DNA from: Anaerolineales bacterium
Lineage (GTDB): Bacteria > Chloroflexota > Anaerolineae > Anaerolineales > UBA11579
Direction of reading: 5' to 3'
Assembly: GCA_963662985.1 (NCBI GenBank)
Contig: OY760066.1
Span: forward strand, 167,801 to 231,800
Length of the DNA: 64,000 nt
A model generated the notes under the pieces. That model made no database searches, was not told the DNA's origin, and worked only from the letters and a program-made list of their open reading frames with translations. Numbering within the stretch: the stretch's first letter is position 1; every line of letters begins with the position of its first letter. The position numbers and the translations under genes are program-made. Positions 63,601 to 64,000 of this stretch are shown in pieces.

Positions 63601-64000
63601 TGACCAAGAAGAAATGATCTTCATCAATAACAACTACTAAATAGACACCACTCTGTTCGAGACCACCGATGGTGGGAGTGCTGCCATAAGTATAGGTAAC
63701 ATAGTCACCGGTTTGGAGACCATGGTTTTCGTAATAGAATATGTTGGTTGTATAATCAATTGCACCTGTGTCAATTGTAAGTAAGCTTGCGTCTGCGGTT
63801 GTGCTGCCAGTGGCAGTAATTTGTCCGTTGACTATGGCATTGACATCACTTATGGCTACGTCCACTGAAGCAGTGAAACCTGCATAGCCAATCATTTCAA
63901 ATAATGTGAAGGCGGCATTTGTGGCCGCGTTATTGACCCCTTTTGCCTGGAGGTTGGCAAATCTACCTGCTGTGATGGATGCAGTGGAATCCATTTCTAT
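42668..64000 (-). CDS. Giant (>=7108 aa) repeat-rich beta-helical surface/secreted protein with C-terminal RTX-like Ca-binding nonapeptide repeats; N-terminus may extend beyond window
   Basis: A single uninterrupted reading frame covers the last 21.3 kb. Hundreds of ~40-50-aa G/A/V/T-rich repeats (…GAGTVAVGVSVNALVTNNHTYAYIEG…, …AGTVAVNVSGSVNVLVEDTEAFIKD…) suggest a parallel beta-helix. C-terminal GGxGxD runs (GGAGNDILIGNNGNNKLRGDLGDDVLTGNLGNDTY ; GGPGNDLLIGLDGDDDFWIGTGYDDRVIGGDGYD). The frame stays open for the 2 codons between the first in-window Met (63992-63994) and the window edge. Confidence 0.85.
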   Translation of the reverse strand: MEMDSTASITAGRFANLQAKGVNNAATNAAFTLFEMIGYAGFTASVDVAISDVNAIVNGQITATGSTTADASLLTIDTGAIDYTTNIFYYENHGLQTGDYVTYTYGSTPTIGGLEQSGVYLVVVIDEDHFFLVSETAIDIDNSGAQPGSNHVIAPIAVIQFNPGYDGQVNPNDATDFGIVSINDGSSDISKQGQITFNIDAHGFDNGEEVTYSALGSYPIPGLEDYKSYYVILIDADTFQLAEYLSQALNLDSDPTWQAAPVAVPDYANLAYDEYTKYTHGFSYVDVDNGVLFEAADNANVNSETDIFTIANHGFETGDSVVYKTGQTTLQQTINQNYTIQATTDQINLTDNKLTILFLNLANGDELIYHNVGDLIGGLTDGTAYYVRVADENTQEIWLYTNQDDALNNTGTPVDFTTLGTGDDYFSRTIIVEVMDPAISGLENGDLYYVVKIDDNNFMLTKNEDASNVGPIDVSAPVANLDSHYLDRGLTNGIGITAHLDANLSNSSFAGIGTNDTIFANLKGALTGVIMNDGLSITKLLLGEGITKIKEAIFGVSDKKTEEVQQKTKKDVKFSITGAPAITIAVSNVNAKVGTSAILKSGQDIDVKADAVILFQSFASATSDIPEENENQLNFAGSVSLTVNVIKTTVQALIEPMSHVDASRDLAVSSEIVYPFITHPLDWYSLLDAGDFLEFDEAGDVMTIVDDISGKLDGTLGLQGKLFHTWSHSRVSGSAPKYAITGTINALVLDSKAYSNIGAAAYINQDTNYQKVTQSVRVTSNIVANLMNVTGNFNIDLQPVPSAGGNGIIDSYINKLKKAKDKLNPLNWITPIGVEGKSLGLGGAIFVAVIKNSAYATIDAGAQVHIGADGKLEVIANQENFYLILTESGAKSEKLAISATIPVVVLNNKTIAKISGTAKITGSGDVAVVANDHLSLINIAGGVIASNSVGVGATIGVNIVNRETLALIGSEDDGSTNVWEVYFNNTDDQGNITASVVPEINGTVTSETTVEGADAIEEQVVLDISGATQGTYQISVEGLGTTVAIAYDADIDIIQAALDTLYGAGVVEVTIGDDGVLITFLNVGEQAEMTILTDINFDGEADLNIIEFGASDTYEEQKLSISGDTTEGAFVIIFGADQNLTTAPLMFDVDDATIEAELEKFEEIDDITVVSNYLADGTREIIITFTTYGDQDTFYIRSVESYLATPIVTVDQDGNGSTQHEELNVIGTSKQGAFTLTFNGQTTRPLAWNASADEIQAALNELTSIQTASGVVSISGDVQTDPLIKVINGSDNVNLNAQNSGFVLSVSLAGAIVTEKKEDKSKTQTDSTGQSSKKIPPFGGVPTPFKQTELAQKGEDPSGNTGTTQTTNKSAKNAFAVSGAIAVNVLFDTVKAQIINAGTIVANNVALKADNPSLLISIAGAAALNLNSKAKSSAAIAGAIGFDWMEGETTTLIENSNIVQSSGKNLKITNITDDVITVNSNHAQNTGDSFIYYQDLSTDNISGLEDGQIYYLIGIDGSTNTFQLATSYLDAINGSKIDLGAVDGTDHTLAQGVLLSSNRSGKIIAVAAGCAGDFAKKGIAFAGSVSINILNNGTYSTIKNAKITADEISAVAIDHSVVVVVAGAVSYGGTAGVGAGVAFNSIFSDTIVEVDNSDLTYKGHLKVDSDSTGVLVSVAGAVAASKKYGISGTVAVTMTLTDTIARIKDSIVNNTQLDSLLSVDAFNDSLIVAISGAIGIGGTAGLGVAIAFNWLDNDVTATILNSTIDVDGDINVFAKEDGNIESIVAGGAGAEKAAIAGAIAANLTLNSVKASIEESTIDALGTVSVNAQQSTAVHALSGNAAGAGKVAIGASISVNIIINRTEAYVLNSSMNIGEHLLVDAIDDTQVIALAVGGQGAGNVAIGGSVVVGYIQTNTNAYIKGTGYNSTLGDYDHIIDAVGNVGISAKDAIFLLFIAGVANGAGTVAVGVSVNALVTNNHTYAYIEGVKVKASGKKGTSKIRGADRSDSQFQGVAVVAHTNEQVRSFAVGGGGAGTVAVNVSGSVNVLVEDTEAFIKDASVNQDDTDADPDQSVIVRAINDTVIWGVAGAINGAGTVAVGVGIDVGSLTKSTLAYIDSSYVYAQDDIIVQSLATVQIISISAAGGGAGTVAVSGVAAVYVLVINTHAYITGSTSVIMANDSILISAVDDMFALIIVGTANGAGVVAVGGDVQVSSIVKHVTSYVDDNVTIDALSNGNGLTAPTGNFNISWAAKPNTDFNPANISGDIITLQDHGYETGDQVIYNNCNDLEQEDDETDQEYKDRLNLASIGGLNTGQAYYIIKESDDTFRLALTYENAIAGNAITLDKNQATGDTHKVEIAYGITVKPTSINPSSDVVDNKITLQDHGFNTGDSVTYSSGGGDVIGGLEEGASYYIIKIDANTFMLADRKTAAQNGIAITLDPTLATGAEHMIWDGTVEDPGTGYQIPGLSAVSDDVNNDGESDLDSGSEQDFSNMLNSERASQVETTTIHGLAITAINQEKLITIGFSVGGAGTVAVNVSGAVNVNVGEVKAYIDQGAKVNTCTTCTIGNNQNVIVIAAQDLFHIGVTVAIAGSGVVSVTPHGDVNVITSEVKAYINDGATVNAKQDVLVDAISKEFIVTVTAGVSGAGVVGVDASFSVLVLTSDVWAYIGDEDQTDTQGATVFANGNVYVNAEHETFLVSVAGGFGGGQVGVGASVSTKVFSNDVRAFIGPYSIVNAKGQNAGLNGVYQGSMDENGVVATMDDFHGVIVQATNKEKMIGVTVSGSFGLYFGLGGAVSVEVFDSSARAYIGEYAKINQDRSNVDSRQAVSVIAFNNTDIFIFAGGIAGGLVGVGAAIDVGVIRNDAIAFIGQHAIVYAKSDVKVIALNNKDIFSLPVSLGGGLVGIAGSLSVWVIGGEFDSSYDVSDDDVEYSDDVDEEDKFGSVNEDPLNDGENGDKFDASVGVTSNGTNEILSSSQTFNALGDGSNGTQNNRIKAINDANNGVYDNFDGASKEGDPEETTMVADALDAQGEGTECITTAYIANNAAIIIDGPDGNVIVKAHDRLNFKSITGAVAAGAGAGGAGITVSVIGSKTEAYIGSYAIVEAGANNGSVDVIAQFDEITTIQTYGITAGLATNSAQVAVTVDKAMTHAYIRDHAKIRQAGDQVLINAITNRDINIQVLSTNLSALPAGSNYGVSVTVAVIQGETLAFAHNVSIGQDPTKTVGGLSIIANETTNITTNSIAVSAGAFSLVVASGVIVVVDNSSTVMAYIDDSDTSVFSTITVTGDVLVNAILTSTIDAVIPNVSVNIGPIGAGAIVGVILNRPTVKAFAMNDATISLNGDFTIQADLTATQDVDVVGVTGAAISVGVLVAYIKDTAEIVSGFKGTIYNIDWVNFDNNVNVISNVDTDLTVTGVGVTIGGVAVGVTTTIVKIKGSVKTGIEDSLIYTNNLNVASNLNLAANSNVTNASGAVAAVGVSVATASIGSDTENYIVKTFIKNSSIYASGSSKIIANVDPAAKADVTGVTVAGIGVGVSVATTNVYFDIDTFLYNCLVYSDELIISTKYSLDDAGDPIEEGAKAFSDAVGGGILSGNGAESDATNKPTIDTYGTGTFNIGTNLEISSDAYVYTYADANGIAVGVAGMGGSTANATSEATNTVYFSGELRDYDTNAEDQVDTVNIYAHTTDRAIAHTISGAGGIVAGGGSLSDAKGTSTTYAYIGDFSEIYWKEDVEFIVEANGTPYVEATADGISAGLLSVGLSFAYAVSEPEIKAWIGEDVIIRFGAFLTQNPQLVFANNPNTIMVISTITDTFNYVDGPLLFTLGTFQFYAFDILQRTSGSWFDDGFTEGSKIRISGIGISGYQYYEVYSISDDGLEMTVDDYSTFMDRLTSGTITIELLVDSKDTITRDSGSWIVDGFTKGDTIEISGQEGYWIIDSMSADGLTLYLTSKGTLQVGTFNDIQIKRIDGNLGNFTLKAQQTFVDEMDTTNELGSQTWIENNTPNAKASASTSGGNLVGVLASESEASSTATIEAILKDGIDIIVSNAFKVIAHTESYQNAEAFGITVTAVALGSNIATANADNQTKMKVLGDLKLIANSVEMQANGIDVNIAHSVAGRGSLLETMAAAKANTNSTSTTKANIASGNQVEITSNDFNFYAQHTDAFNASTDSVSVSLADFGGSKNLNKIDATIYADLGDLTLRANRITVEAIAYTNKPELEDGYNMDAVSVGLLDLFTSDSITEIDNDVQIFVRDGADIAQFGDRFDNIEREMTFMVKQVFNTYDSVRLDAGGALPFPEGISKILVGVNDGDEDDYSNPSKNIINFGDVEIFSISDMGIFNMFQTNINTNVNVKAYGLAGLPYGTTMSVVNIKNQINLASGAHLYSQNDVNLQIGRKGSYTDKSAYTIYAVTDLYNYTVFAFIPESLTALSRIVQDNLINIPTNALIETVGNVTMIIDEGYISLGSSAIDLEGSSGEGIDEGVLDDVAYSFKETETDEQISKEIKLNGAVYVGVTRHQSIEFNGDDSSNLSVVYGPDSEIGYTVINETQSQNYVDQINTLRKLKGEYAYDSEAVAGFDAQIDFIINKLISMGIELEQASDGTYYLQSDISIDIIQLDGIWAQAGTIDIETTYLTGSGSLNAPGDVEVKIINNTLLTLTTNNITIPDTLGGIIYLNGAIISSHPTITMVTSSGTADPEVIIKNTRSSETVSCNDPGCSSPTITRPAPDVRVAGDINNVRGLVYIESLGSILMTVKIDDPDEMAKVRAGEFTAVASGDFIQGYTEGFTHIGGDPVDMYFNTTSTITNPVASTSLLEIGGQIFISAQYLNINGTVRSGFADYTINLTAADEVRMILAVAYYNMGFGDKIITLKKNTKFIVKFNAETKRIIVQNINSQGGYVQIVGRIMNTNEGKIEVLDGYASININNYTNYDIEIRDISNLEVEGKVSITDFNYVDSGEYRTTEYSRTSTSGSRNYTYDVYANQVYRFVTGQKYIKETTDTYIKNTTLGIDWLAKDENPPDETKTVWLDKQPLLNGTYYRQAALSVAHQYYTTTYKTDLDPKPAQIKIFGVNVVDPDKGYLVESSSDSNCTSRFLGICVSREYISTLVYNKGQIQIVTHNVNAGYDIAIKFTGSDQGIVTINSADGNVVVNGRINNPSGTTTITTNKSITASDDAMVGGSSVVLTAGTGIGLIYGNDIAPIRVETEANGTLTATTAQGDVALSQWSSDMNILSVGTSKGNVNLFTYNNIVGSGTNTHVYGNNIALEAQNIGVDTSAPLLINGYYPKANSGLTVNASNDIFIQETAGNMNLFSIEANNVWLKTTSGNFIDAMLNEEVDQRSIDELEALWANLNLLDTPETRAKTDQTVLAYQNGRTSEYHSYWETRNKQADPSVYDPNFQVTLTEEQKDSYRTQLGWDDAAIAQYEIKLTSQYHALHEVYGVIGDTYNDTWEYQVSTVFEPDFTSDKVDLSGNTINVGEHIYKTGQRVVYQCNGNAAIGGLECGETYYVVVIDSTHIQLTATQADAIAETPANLIEFSNTGGGDQWFSESDAILVGSIWSEYQLRYALLGGWLKETSDTTTAIEEENIIANGNITLIAQNGGVGSNNGVIEIDVTGGAASLTEDDRINLAASERNDATIINGQTDSIVFGEYHGLQTGDEISFPSVWGIKNIDGVSNYKTYYVIAKDGFSIQLTNSLADALNGTGIVDILEKTIVIEMREDIDITAEFGNLQIESDRHVYIGSEKDLRIKDIDAGLNAANEDQQLVRVKVGKQLIWDGQAGDSISGGDMILESGTEGIGAADNYMLIDLMENGALTARANQNIYIQEITGVYDFGMAIDTIYSPNDVYLKGVDIFDAYDPTTAGLSNIELANIKANQVTLETTGNIGRTDTDPYDPALSPEHYFLSNYYLEIVSPNGVVVNSAGDINLAAIGNLLVDTVNGSGEYINLMATNAILDARDDILSNINAVGANTKIFLYTQYGTVGENGNDIELVTQHTANSHLTIESADSVYLSEAEGDLYLNVITANTGIAFIFSPNSIYNAQENPYNVIAGKTRLFAGDGIGTTTTPLLSMVSTLQGSAGNDDVYIENTGPLTIQVIDGSSPYGFTGQGPTKIGASSPIVVDSNIFNDGDFSFYAHDSAPVDYDNFTLVSGYGINIVNGNLLICAGDNIYLEDNTTITVPDGTVTINVNCENVDNADSTIQMSGSIDAQAISILGSATQDTFNINPNATFSEVTFDLSDDADIFNWNNIIDNLKVTINGNAGDDQIHLFNVGLNNEFTINGGDGDDLFDILVAEPTTKLILNGDGGDDTFKFADNQEYWAILDGGEGTSNTIDYSDWTVPVVVTFDQLGTLTGYSGTITGVTDRYDNIHDVIGSTAYFIFQSGDMDTIFRLLDENTFEFEMGGRTGTLYFFDELRSGAGDDLFEMYNPNNYIMHTNAGEDTLSYHPYTTDVVLDMINQTFTDLNGSIDGFENLQGGAGNDILIGNNGNNKLRGDLGDDVLTGNLGNDTYQMDENAGQDTIIEKANQGTDTIDYSVQTLGVDLELTPTEIKDLLSGAVVDYTGQSIENLNLTAYDDKLLFSTGNSNLKVTAGVGDDTFFIADDNITSLGMVYGQTGFDRLDTQLLPFDILAKLTGYTTTGFNVSLEQLKFYGIDLLEFNSSAINTLSTYLANGIFTLAGILDSDRYQVGGQTLYFNHANILQGSGAVDTFNIEGTIDYDIYGNAGNDIFTVTDLAKANGILDAGRGYDKLTFNALTSAIEITLQAAGNYDGFKIIDNLSIFTQALNNINLLIGTTFSDTLIGIQDQNNIFNLTAPDQGWVKAANRTLDFISFENLSGGEKDDTFILDDGASLSGDISGGDGSDTISYQNRRTPVEVNLLLGLIPDLGGTLTGVENVTGGMANDIITGDNNDNVLKGGPGNDLLIGLDGDDDFWIGTGYDDRVIGGDGYDTTYYHWENKSPITNLDCERIIYLQPPFVWARYNFHENSYLDYKVVRNANTAPLENLVMISILHSYGSWFKFQKQVLIRQWHNLGYEMTVFAGSMVINFLIPEQLNGYHLVVYYWDERELIWVELESFRYHQEDGTSIVRAVVAKPGYYTVAIEGQPLDLPIITETIYK

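Noticed and set aside
1-64000. Looked for CRISPR arrays, tRNA/rRNA genes, transposases, integrases, toxin-antitoxin pairs and phage genes
   Set aside because: No regularly spaced direct repeats with unique spacers, no cloverleaf-like GC-rich ~75-nt segments, and no DDE/tyrosine-recombinase motifs were seen in any frame. The GC-rich island lacks any linked mobility gene.

Overview
This is an AT-rich bacterial window. Several gene features suggest a Firmicute-like organism: a PRD/EIIA-type PTS regulator, Gram-positive-style lipoproteins, and an NfeD-flotillin pair arranged like Bacillus yuaF-floT. The phylum cannot be fixed from this sequence alone. The window contains nine functional blocks. 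(1) 0-15.4 kb is a dense signalling neighbourhood with two GGDEF sensors, two paralogous REC-HD-GYP regulators, a 1296-aa multi-PAS hybrid histidine kinase, and two solute-binding-protein/sensor gene pairs. (2) 15.6-18.5 kb is larC-larE-larB, the nickel-pincer cofactor biosynthesis genes, with no larA. (3) 18.6-25.1 kb is a fructose-family PTS (PRD/EIIA regulator, EIIA, EIIB, EIIC) plus a GH38 alpha-mannosidase, resembling E. coli mngAB. (4) 25.2-29.8 kb is an iron-chelate/heme-type ABC importer with a PNPOx/HugZ-like protein. (5) 30.0-32.7 kb is a NUDIX hydrolase followed by an NfeD-flotillin pair. (6) 32.9-40.0 kb is a conspicuously GC-rich, translationally coupled operon encoding EtfB, EtfA and a three-gene split glutamate-synthase-like enzyme (a protein with two tandem FMN/TIM-barrel domains, a class-II amidotransferase, and a GXGXG beta-helix protein). 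I consider this the most interesting candidate system in the window. (7) The GC-rich tract then continues through a structured TTGACA/TGTCAA-repeat intergenic region into msrB. (8) A TPR protein follows. (9) A single giant ORF of at least 7108 aa (42.7 kb to the window edge, minus strand) encodes a beta-helix-repeat protein with RTX-like C-terminal calcium-binding repeats and an unrecognised, recurring ~55-aa module. No tRNA, rRNA, CRISPR array, transposase or integrase was recognised. All functional calls come from reading motifs in the supplied translations. No database search was run.
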